A stretch of DNA of 61,346 nt, the filler included, from Stramenopiles sp. TOSAG23-2 (Eukaryota), in the NCBI GenBank assembly GCA_900128395.1. It is 4 parts of 4 records of this genome, joined end to end, with 100 filler letters (N's around TTAATTAATTAA, not from the genome) between each part and the next. Parts side by side here need not be neighbours in the genome. Positions count along the whole stretch, not along the records: positions 30,792 to 46,022 come from LT649719.1; positions 46,123 to 61,346 come from LT649720.1; 2 more parts are not named here. One strand, 5' to 3'. Below the pieces are notes generated by a model. That model was given only the letters and a program-made list of their open reading frames with translations, made no database searches and had not been told where the DNA came from. A program made the position numbers and the translations under genes. Shown here piece by piece: positions 44,301 through 53,089 of the stretch (position 1 is its first letter; every line of letters begins with the position of its first letter).

Positions 44301-44929
44301 ATCCAAGTTTATCTGGAAAATTAAAAGTGGTAACAAAAAAAGAATTAGATGAAAAAATCGATGCATTAATGAAAAACGCTAAAGCACAGGCTTATGCAGC
44401 GCAAGAGACTAAAGAGTATAAAAATAAAATTAAAGAAAAAGGAAATAGAGGCAAAATGATCAAGAAATTGAAAGCGAAAAAAAAGAAAATGGTTAAAGCA
44501 GGAGATGTATATAAAGGTGGTAGTCCAACAGCAAGCTCACGAAGTAGAGACGCAAGCCCAACAAGAAATGATAGAAGATTCAAAGGAAGATCAAGCAAAA
44601 AACAAACGCTTGAACCTTCTATATTGCCTAGTTGTAAGGAACTATGTACATGTATTTGTTTTTGCTGTTGTAATAAGAGGAAGTGTGATAAATGTTACAA
44701 ACAATGTGATAAAATGTTATACAAACGAAAAACGATAATAGGACCAAATACACATGAAATAAGAGATGTAATATCTGTCAGAAATAACGATGATGCATTG
44801 TTTGGTAAAACACAAAAAAAGTTTATAGTTGGTGAAAAAAAAATAGTGAAGAAAAAAAGAGTAAAAATACGAAGTGTAAAGAAGAGGAAGAAAGCTGTTG
44901 CAGCAGCAGAAAAAGTGCTGGGTGTTTGA
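41396..44929 (+). CDS. Multi-pass membrane protein: signal peptide, Ig-like domain, Cys-rich repeats, EF-hand, TRP-C/7TM-like region
   Basis: CICGPQYY, IYKCP...C.GG, C..GH...LCAKC; LFQTVDKDQTGYID; FKLLFTYLQM, FLNADFSIQCY, YYFEIVDLLRR, RPY...WDN; basic coiled-coil tail. Confidence 0.75.
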   Translation: MQMLHYWNPIKKAITFILFFFLFWQINLIIVVTSSSSSSSSSNSNNNNNGQLIGIPTPVTDAFEGRVYTYYIKLSKRPYSSSIPSVNVNVNIIDQGDNGGDLKLFCSLADTTLNQKQFEFSFETWDIPIPVNVKVATNDYTLRKYSPITTCRINHKVTSEDALYYNHNDTLLNISIVSRGCGLGEYHGIDRLKYVTYKNTNMGENECICGPQYYKSNDVTNCTNCNLKEGIVCNQIGVGNMPPIVKNFWRYGLPNRNDIENIYKCPYDDTCIGGNNTKNRCSIGHHEQFPLCAKCEIDYVLINEKCILCNGTKSYNEKQNIFTMSTILPVHSLKLMYILLGSTIMLIFVFVLYITKRAISKEAEEELKAKLIGLNLDTIFNSSTEHHLTMDAFINMLNAHHENFSIDEIHLLFQTVDKDQTGYIDKMHLLLYATNSGWVDVENIERKRKAYKWRIKRNKKRNKLLGTAYMKFKLLFTYLQMLSIFGITFSNTIKWPRLIKRTMGYLEFTTFDLYSFPFAEFIDCHMYVSFLHHFIYNVAIFPAIILLIVSSYGIGIAYRKLKKRLYKNSQDKSKTGSVKYTNDSMVANIYTMISFTAYVLYTGVLTRMIQMLTCTKFITGNNGEAKYFLNADFSIQCYNNDENNYWTFFALSLTCCVFYGLGYPAVQLILLHHNRKYLYYDEEENMKRNKTLRQEDEFIVRRHRAVKKRLGATYSKYNPDSYYFEIVDLLRRFILCGILLFLNNIYNSNPNVLDLSIIQMLCGIFICFAWVLAIAYKRPYTAYWDNILSLTLSAHLCFLLLVGMCLTLWDAKHGPLLSSDIAIDDNNGVSHYFLMVTIFLLSSMGICMIFGFVLLFISMSCTQHLKCCASLYNHLMTEEEQEQQDQVLDHFEYASEWLDSQKQILGIMTADDVVDSLSECKKVLMKTLENEENHLQESFDKWNEKLQHHEKQHNKLSFEIDELKKVLENPSLSGKLKVVTKKELDEKIDALMKNAKAQAYAAQETKEYKNKIKEKGNRGKMIKKLKAKKKKMVKAGDVYKGGSPTASSRSRDASPTRNDRRFKGRSSKKQTLEPSILPSCKELCTCICFCCCNKRKCDKCYKQCDKMLYKRKTIIGPNTHEIRDVISVRNNDDALFGKTQKKFIVGEKKIVKKKRVKIRSVKKRKKAVAAAEKVLGV

Positions 44930-45021
44930 GAAAATTGAAAATTAGCTCTCTCCTCAAAATAAAAAACTCTCTCGATAAAACTTTTCGTCAATTATTATTT
45001 TTTATATAAAAATTAAAATTT

Positions 45022-45575
45022 TTACTTCCATCCACTACCATGATTTATTTTGACTCTTTCACGAACATCACGATGTCTTGTACGTAAACTTAAACCGGAC
45101 AACATCATTGCCGTTTTTGGTCTACCACGACTTCTAATCTTTCGTGTTAATGACATGGCAGCACCTTGCAATTGTTGTGGTGATCCTGCAAACTCTAATG
45201 CCTCCTTCAAGTTACGTTTAGACACAGGCATAGCACTATATGGTCTCACCATTTTTGCGGATGATGATCGTCTTAAAGAGTTATTATTACTTGTTTTCTC
45301 ATTGATTTTTTAAATGATTCTCGATTAATTCCATTTTTTGGTGCACCAAAAATACGATAAGCAACTCGCATAGTATCCTGCGGTCTACGTACACGCGACA
45401 TAATTTTATCATGTAACACTTGTCTAATTTTTGAAATATCCCATTCTAATGACTTGCGTAGATTTGTTTTCTTTTTGATCGTTCTGTCATGTCGTTTCTT
45501 TCGATCAGCTGTTACTAATCGATTCAATGTTTGCTTTGCATATTGCAAATCTTGTTTTTTATGTCGATGGTGCAT
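45022..45575 (-). pseudogene. Frameshifted or internally deleted gene (basic protein with degenerate EF-hand-like start)
   Basis: ORF 45575-45273 (...MRVAYRIFGAPKNGINRESFKK) overlaps a second frame (INEKTSNNNSLRRSSSAKMVRPYSAM...GSGWK*), switching near an A-run at ~45305-45313. Confidence 0.45.
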
Positions 45576-46022
45576 GTCTATATATATATAACTTTGTGTG
45601 TGTATTATAAATTATATAATATAATATACACGTTTAATATAAAAATCCAAATATATATATATATATATATATACCTTTGTATTAACAACTAATCGTTTCA
45701 CGCACAGATATACACAAAGAGAGGGAACGAGGGAGCGAGAGGGAGAACGAATGTCAAGTTTTCCTTCAATTTGTTTTTCTTTTGTATCTTTTATCTTTTC
45801 CATCATCACACATTTATGTATATCCAACATATAAGTAATATAATATATATATATACTTTCTACGTGATGAAGTTGGAAGATTTCGTGAAATGATCTTTAA
45901 AATAATAACACTACACAGTATTGAAAATAAGAGGAACATGACATTTGTGGGAATCACAAATGTGGTCATTCGCGAGAAAAGCAAAAACGGATATTTATAT
46001 TATGCTGTTCTTATACTAACAA

Positions 46023-46122
46023 NNNNNNNNNNNNNNNNNNNNNNNNNNNNNNNNNNNNNNNNNNNNTTAATTAATTAANNNNNNNNNNNNNNNNNNNNNN
46101 NNNNNNNNNNNNNNNNNNNNNN
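46023..46122. other. Artificial contig linker
   Basis: N44-TTAATTAATTAA-N44. Confidence 0.97.
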
Positions 46123-46304
46123 GTTTTAATTATTTCAATTATATATATACCCAAAACCAATGCGATGTGCGTGTTCGTCGAGGGTCATCATATTCTGGAT
46201 ACTAATAATACCAGTTCGGTATTATAATAGAGAGGCATACTGGCATACCAGCATACAACATAGACATACCATTGTACATAAAAATACATATTATGCCTTA
46301 ATGA

Positions 46305-46418
46305 ATTCAGATAGGTAGTGAAAGTATACAAAATGGTCGTGCTATTCCACCATAATTTTGCCCTAAATTATGGTGGAATAGCACGACCATCTTGTATACT
46401 TTCACTACCTATCTGAAT
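46305..46418. repeat. Long inverted repeat: 54-bp arms, 6-nt loop, 1 mismatch
   Basis: Arms 46305-46358 and 46365-46418, loop tgccct. Confidence 0.95.
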
Positions 46419-46431
46419 AACAGGGGATTTC

Positions 46432-46477
46432 GACGATGACTAGAATCTGGTTAAGACGATGACTAGAATCTGGTTAA
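46432..46477 (+). repeat. 23-bp tandem duplication
   Basis: gacgatgactagaatctggttaa twice. Confidence 0.9.
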
Positions 46478-46721
46478 GGGAAAATAAACTACAAGGCTTA
46501 CATAGGCGTGAGCGTATGAGAGTGTATAAAACTGTAACAATAAGTAAACTTCTATTCAAAAAAAAAAAATTAATTTTTTCTTTCTTCCTTATTACCTCCA
46601 ATTTCCAATTTCCAAAGCAGTTGCCAAAAATAAACAACTCTTATATAGATATTTAATAGATATTCAACAGATGACCTGTCGTCTGGTATATATTATATAC
46701 ACATTATATGTATCAGCAACC

Positions 46722-47805
46722 ATGGCTAATTTTATTTATAATATATTTCAATTATTTACAAAACGTAAATTTCTATCCCATCGTTTGATTGGATTGGTGT
46801 TTTTAATACAATATAGCATATCTACATATTTATTTTTAACTAATTATAAATATTGGTTAAATTCATTGTTTGTAATAACAGTTCCATTGAACTCTGTCAT
46901 ACAATCCATTAATGCTGCACACACTTTTACATTTCTTCCGAAGAAAGAAGATCCAGGGTTTGCAGCAGTATCTGATAAATCAGTCTTATCGTATTATACC
47001 ATAGTGGAAAATTCGTTTTATGCAAGTCAATTATTATTTGCATGTTGCTATTTACATGATAAATATTTTAAAATAATTAGGAAAACTATTATTATTGAAG
47101 CAGTATATGTATTTTTCATTTTTTATTTACGACATTTATGGCCAACTAGTCGTATAAATGCTGCTTTGAAAAATTCTAAAAATAAATCAGATGCAAATAG
47201 AAAAACATTGATATTATCATCATATGCAATAAAATTCTTTTATTTATTTGCAAAACATTTTATTGGTACATTTCCTTTATATTTGCAGTTTCTCGGCCGC
47301 GTCACAAAGGAGATACAATATAATTTGTATGGAATCCAAATTTTATCTTCATATGCTGCAACTATTTCAGTAAGTATATATTTAATACTCATTTAATTAA
47401 GAATTTTTTGCTAACATATATATATATATATATATATAATTTAAAAATTGCCTATAGATTTTTATCCATACGTTAAAATTTAAAAAATGGATCGGTTCAA
47501 TGACAGCCATGGTTGCATATGATATCATTATACCTGGATATGCAATTTTATTTTATCGTATGCGTTATATATTATATGATAATTATGATGTTACGATTAT
47601 TTGTTTTATTGCTATGATTTTAAACTTGGCACCAAAAATTAAGTTGAACGAGAAATATGGTATACGGCCATGGTTTATATGGCAGCTATTGGTTGCATAT
47701 TTGTTTTACAATAAGTATCCAATAGATAGTATATTTAGCAATTTAAATACACTACAATTCTATTTCATTTTTGTATTGCTAGGATTGCATTGGTTCAGGT
47801 TTTAG
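46722..47805 (+). CDS. Uncharacterised multi-pass membrane protein; exons 46722-47369 and 47458-47805
   Basis: Phase-0 GTAAGT...CTATAG intron at 47370-47457 joins two ORFs (AATIS/IFIHTLKFKK); many hydrophobic helices; motifs HRLIGL, TFTFLP..DPG...SDK, ENSFY, FAKHFIG. Confidence 0.8.
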
Positions 47806-48421
47806 TGAATTTTAGAAGTATGGTATAAGATCTTGAAGTGCACGGTTGTGGCAAAAAGCCGTGGTTTTGATCACTTTAGCTTGTAGATCTCTACAAGTTT
47901 CATTGACCCATTGTGCTTTAAGCCAGTCTAATTTTTGTTTCGTGGCTGAAGAAAGTATGAATTTTTTGTTGGCCATTTATTTCAAAGATAAAACTGCTAA
48001 ATCACAAAAACCACCTGCGTGTTCATCCCGAATGGATAAATAGTTGGTGATGGTGAACGACCTCCGTTGTTGTAATTTTCTTTCCTAGCCTTGGCAAAAA
48101 GCCTATTTTTGAGTGACGAGTTTTGTATGAACCCGACGTCCAGCACGTTCAACAAGAGCGCATGGAAGGATAAAAACCTACTCATGCTTGTAGAGTATTA
48201 GTTTTGCAGAGGTGCATTAGAGCTTTACTATAGTAGGATAGAATATTATTCTTGAGTAATATTGAGCATAATATTTTTACTTAGCACGGGAAGTACGCGA
48301 GTAATATTATTATAACTTCGATTTTAACACCATCATTTTATATCTATGATTAAATATTAATATGATATATTTAAATATTATTCTCTATTTTAATCATTTA
48401 TAAATACACACACGCACACTA

Positions 48422-49927
48422 CTACTCTCCAAAGTCAACCGGAGTATCTACTCGTTTTCTTCTACGCTCAGCTGACGTTTTTCTTGATCGTGGCGTCAAA
48501 TTAGTTGAATTGTTACTAGTATTGCTATCATTACTATTATCACTATCCGTTCTCTTTCGATTACCACATCTACTATTTGAAACGTCACTATTTTTATCAC
48601 TTCCGGTGTCCGAATATGTTGAAGAAAATGAATTTCTTAAATTGTTTTTTTGTTGTTGTTCTAATTTGATTGTTTGGAAGTTTCGTTCCAACTCTTCCAT
48701 GGATAATGTTCGCTTGTTGAAAAATGGATGTAAAATGGCCTCTTTAGCATTAATACGTCGTTTAGGGTCTACTGATAACATACGCCTTATTAAATGTTTT
48801 GCATTTTCTGAAATATCATCCCAATATGGGGATGGGAAACCAAATTGACCATTTAATATTCGCTGTTTTAATGATGTACCGACTTCTATATTGCCATCCT
48901 TATCATCAAAAAATGGTGGAAAACCACTGAGCAATATATATATAACGACACCCATACTCCACATATCTATTTTACCATCATAGCCTTTGCCTACAAGCAC
49001 TTCAGGTGCTATAAAATAGTCGGTAAATACAGCAGAATATGCACGTCTACGTATTGGTGCACTACTTTCTTTTTTCAATTGATCGGTTCTAGATCCACGC
49101 CGAGGTTTTTGATGTATATGTTGCGTTAAAACTTTTGCTGCCTCCGTCGTTTGTTTATCATTATTATTTATTGATGATTTTAAATTTAAATTGAACGTAG
49201 TCGAGGAATTTGATTTGTCATGATCATTATTATTATTTAAATTCATACTATTATTAGTATTAGTTAAGGAACTTTCTCCCATATTGTTTTTCTTTGCCGG
49301 TGATTGAGGTGGAGTATTATCAATCAAATACCGTGAGCTACCAAAATCAGATAATTTAACAATGATATCATTTAAATTATTTGTAAATGGTTGATATAAC
49401 AATATATTTTCTGGTTTAATATCACGATGTATAATTCCATGGTCTTCCATATATGCAATACCTTTTAATACTTGTAAAGCGACCACTTGTGCCTCCTGCT
49501 CGATCAGTTTTCCTTTGTCTAATATAACATCGTATAATTCACCACCTTGCATATATTCCAATACAATATAAATCTCTGTATTCGATTCAAAAACATCAAA
49601 AATTTTAACAATGGAACTATTTTTACAATTTTTTTGTACGATAACTTCCCTTTGCAATCTTATTTTATCTTGTACTAAATTTTTTTGTATGATTTTCAAT
49701 GCTCGCAGTTCCTTCGACGAGTCTTTCAAACGTACTAATCTAACTGTAGATGATCCACCAGTGCCAATCACTTTTCCAAAGTCATACAATTCAATCAATT
49801 GCTGCTTCGTTTTTGCACCTTCAATTATTCGGTTTGTTTTAGGTGATAGTGAGTTTAGGGAAAGGCCATTATTATTAATGTTGTTGTTGTTGTTGTTATC
49901 ATTAGACGTCAATGTTAGCGATGACAT
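48422..49927 (-). CDS. CAMK-group Ser/Thr protein kinase (CaMK1-like)
   Basis: IGTGGSSTV, ALKII, GGELYD, HRDIKPEN, LSDFG, YFIAPE, DMWSMGVVIYILLSGFPPF, FPSPYWDDISENAK. Confidence 0.92.
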   Translation of the reverse strand: MSSLTLTSNDNNNNNNINNNGLSLNSLSPKTNRIIEGAKTKQQLIELYDFGKVIGTGGSSTVRLVRLKDSSKELRALKIIQKNLVQDKIRLQREVIVQKNCKNSSIVKIFDVFESNTEIYIVLEYMQGGELYDVILDKGKLIEQEAQVVALQVLKGIAYMEDHGIIHRDIKPENILLYQPFTNNLNDIIVKLSDFGSSRYLIDNTPPQSPAKKNNMGESSLTNTNNSMNLNNNNDHDKSNSSTTFNLNLKSSINNNDKQTTEAAKVLTQHIHQKPRRGSRTDQLKKESSAPIRRRAYSAVFTDYFIAPEVLVGKGYDGKIDMWSMGVVIYILLSGFPPFFDDKDGNIEVGTSLKQRILNGQFGFPSPYWDDISENAKHLIRRMLSVDPKRRINAKEAILHPFFNKRTLSMEELERNFQTIKLEQQQKNNLRNSFSSTYSDTGSDKNSDVSNSRCGNRKRTDSDNSNDSNTSNNSTNLTPRSRKTSAERRRKRVDTPVDFGE

Positions 49928-49977
49928 TGTATAGTCTTATCTAATATTAATATATACACAGATACATACACTCACAC

Positions 49978-50012
<35 letters not shown>

Positions 50013-50122
50013 TGCATATATCTGGTATTTAGTCTATGATATCATCTTGTTTTGTTGTACGTTTCTATAAATATAATATATATCCAACCAATGACAAAAA
50101 AAAAAGATATTTTATTATTACA

Positions 50123-50602
50123 TTAGCACATTAGATCTATTATTATCCAATAGGTATTTAGTGCGTCTTTCAAAGGCCCTGCTAGCATAGACATAGCATT
50201 GGTGAGGTCCAAAGGAATCATCTTTTGATTTAGTTCTTTTATACATTCTTCTTTCATCATCTCTGTTGTTCTTTTTGTTGCTCCATCATCATCATTATTT
50301 TTACTTCTTTTAAGCTTTTCTTTCAATCTTTCATTTTCTCTTCTTAACAAGCCCAACTGTTCAAGACGAGGAAGCGACGATGACGACGACGACGACGCGT
50401 TACTTTTCTTTCGTCCACGATGTCCCCTCTTTTTTTGTTTGAAATTATTTAATCTTGACATGGTTATTGAGTTTTTTCTTCTACCATACCATACAACACA
50501 ATTATATTGCATTTCTTGTTGATCTCCATTCCATACAACACAATTATATACCATTTGATCAGGTATTCCATTAATATCCCATTGATACAATAATTGATCC
50601 AT
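50123..50602 (-). CDS. Hypothetical protein
   Basis: 159-aa ORF with duplicated YNCVVW and a basic coiled coil; no family recognised. Confidence 0.3.
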   Translation of the reverse strand: MDQLLYQWDINGIPDQMVYNCVVWNGDQQEMQYNCVVWYGRRKNSITMSRLNNFKQKKRGHRGRKKSNASSSSSSSLPRLEQLGLLRRENERLKEKLKRSKNNDDDGATKRTTEMMKEECIKELNQKMIPLDLTNAMSMLAGPLKDALNTYWIIIDLMC

Positions 50603-50853
50603 TTTATTATATCCATTGATACATATATTCCACTTAATTATATCACCAGAGACACTATTAGAGACACCATTATTACACCACCATTCACATCAATCATCAT
50701 TGCCATTGTTATTATTGCTATTGTAAATACAAAATAACATAAAATATAATTTCAATTGAGATCATTCATCTTGTTATTGTTGGTGTAGAAAAATTGTTTC
50801 TAATGCTTTAGCTGATGGCAAATGGAAATTAGTGAAAGAAATGGAATTATTAC

Positions 50854-51614
50854 AAAATCAAGCAAAGTTGGCTACTTTAGATGATGAAATTACAGATATA
50901 AAAAAACATATTGAAACAGCTTTTGGTGCTATACAAGATAAGAAGAATTTGATCATTATAAATTAATTTGAAGCCATCAAAAAGATATGATTCAAATTAA
51001 TGAAGACATTGCTAAACATGAAAGACATGTGTATGCAAAGAGCAATGCTTGATGAACATGATAAGCAAATTGAAAAATTAACTAAACGCGTTGAAAATAT
51101 CGAAAAGGAAAAAGAACAATCTGCCACAACAAATTTATTAGCTATCTGTGCACCTGATTTAGGGGAAAAAAAATACAGCAAGATGATGAAAAATTTGAAC
51201 AATGAAGGTAAAGAGTCAAAAAATTACAAAAAGGTATCACCATTGGAAAAATGGTTAAAAAAAGAAGTTGCAGAAGACAGAGCTGAAACACTTGAAAATC
51301 AAGCAAAGTTGGCTACTTTAGATGATGAAATTACAGATATAAAAAAACATATTGAAACAGCTTTTGGTGCTATACAAGATAAGAAGAATTTGATCATTAT
51401 AAATTAATTTGAAGCCGATCAAAAAGATATGATTCGAATTAATGAAGACATTGCTAAACATGAAAGAGACATGTGTATGCAAAGAGCAATGCTTGATGAA
51501 CATGATAAGCAAATTGAAAAATTAACTAAACGCGTTGAAAATATCGAAAAGGAAAAAGAACAATCTGCACCAGCATCATCACAAAAACCTGTCTTGAGAA
51601 CATGTAAGTTCTAA
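50854..51614 (+). pseudogene. Duplicated, frameshifted coiled-coil gene remnant
   Basis: A ~270-bp block repeats at 50854-51124 and 51295-51568 (441-bp offset), differing by small indels; ORF pieces overlap in different frames. Confidence 0.6.
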
Positions 51615-52025
51615 CACATAAATCTTCCACATATTTTGGTGATGTGTCCCATTTTGGTTGTTTTTTGAGTTTTTTCATGTACCTGTTAGGGTTATAATTC
51701 ATACAAGAGGCCACAGCATTATAATTATATAGCAATGAATGAAATATTTAATAGCATCATAATTGTATATTACCTGGTACAATATGCTGGCCGGCTGGCC
51801 AGCTGGCGGCCTTCGTCGATCAAATAATAATGCAATAAATCATTACCTGGTATAGCAGTTGCTATCGATAGTGCTATAATAATGCAATAAAAAATAATTA
51901 AAAAAAAATAAATAATAAATATAATATATATTCATACAACCGGCCAAAATAAGATTGGACATAAAATGTAAAAATATAAAAAAACACTGTACATAATCCA
52001 CTGTCAATTTAAAAAAAAGAAAAAC

Positions 52026-52794
52026 ATGGTATATGTAGTTCACTACTGGGGAGGCAATGAAAAATTGCACTTCCCAGATTTCAGTGGTAGAGCAGAGCCA
52101 GTAATGATGCTATTGGAATATGCTGGGATAAAGTATCAATTTAAAAGATATGATATCACGGCAGCCCAGAAACCATTTTCAAAATACCTGGCAGATGAAC
52201 TGTTTCCAGCACAAGCATGCCCGGTTCTAACTGATGATGATAACTTTAGCCTGTCACAAACAGTTGCAATTATGCATTATCTAGGCCACAAGTATGATGT
52301 AGTGCCTGAAGGAGAATATGCACAAGCAAACTGCTTGCAAATGGCATTGAATGCTGCTGATATTTGGGCAGAAGGTAAGACAATTCTATTCCCCTAAATC
52401 CAAAAAAGATATACCCTCTAACATTCATACACTACACTCCACAGGCTATAAAGAAAGACAAAAGGCAGATGAAGGAGAAGAGTTCTTAAATGAAAGATTG
52501 CAAATGTGGATTGATATTGTTGAAAAATCTATGGCAAAGTTTAATGGAAAATTTGCATTTGGTAATAAGCCATCGTATTGTGATTTTGAGATGTTAAACT
52601 CTTTTCGTGTGTTAGAATATTGTTATGGGAAAAAAACTTTAAATCAATATTATACGCCAGGAATTGAAAGGTATCTAAAAAATGTACTTGAATTGCCACA
52701 GATTGTTAATTATTTTAATAATACGCCACAAGGGAAAGAAACTGTTTTATATCCTGGTGTAGATTATGGATCAAGTAAACGTGCAAGACTGTAA
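52026..52794 (+). CDS. Glutathione S-transferase (sigma/pi-like); exons 52026-52374 and 52445-52794
   Basis: GRAEPVMMLLEYAG, ACPVL, LSQTVAIMHYLG, FAFGNKPSYCDF; 70-bp GTAAGA...CTAAC...ACAG intron at 52375-52444 restores the frame. Confidence 0.9.
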
Positions 52795-53089
52795 GAAAGA
52801 GTTGGAGTATAAAAGGAAAATTATAATTTTATACAAATCAATACAAATGCGCATATTTTTTTATTTCATATTATACTATATCTATGATATTAGATTTATT
52901 AACACCACACATTTTTGTCTCTGTCTCACATTTTTTTTCACACACTACAAATCCTGATCAACACACGCAACAATTTTTTTTTGTATACATGCACATACGT
53001 TGTATAATATTTTAATATCTCTCTAGATATATATAAAAAATATGAAATTTGTAAACACATCCTTTGAACAATTAACTCTTTCCCTTTTT

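Noticed and set aside
47810-48200. GC-richer stretch with short ORFs, possible transposon or gene relic
   Set aside because: No recognisable motif in any frame.
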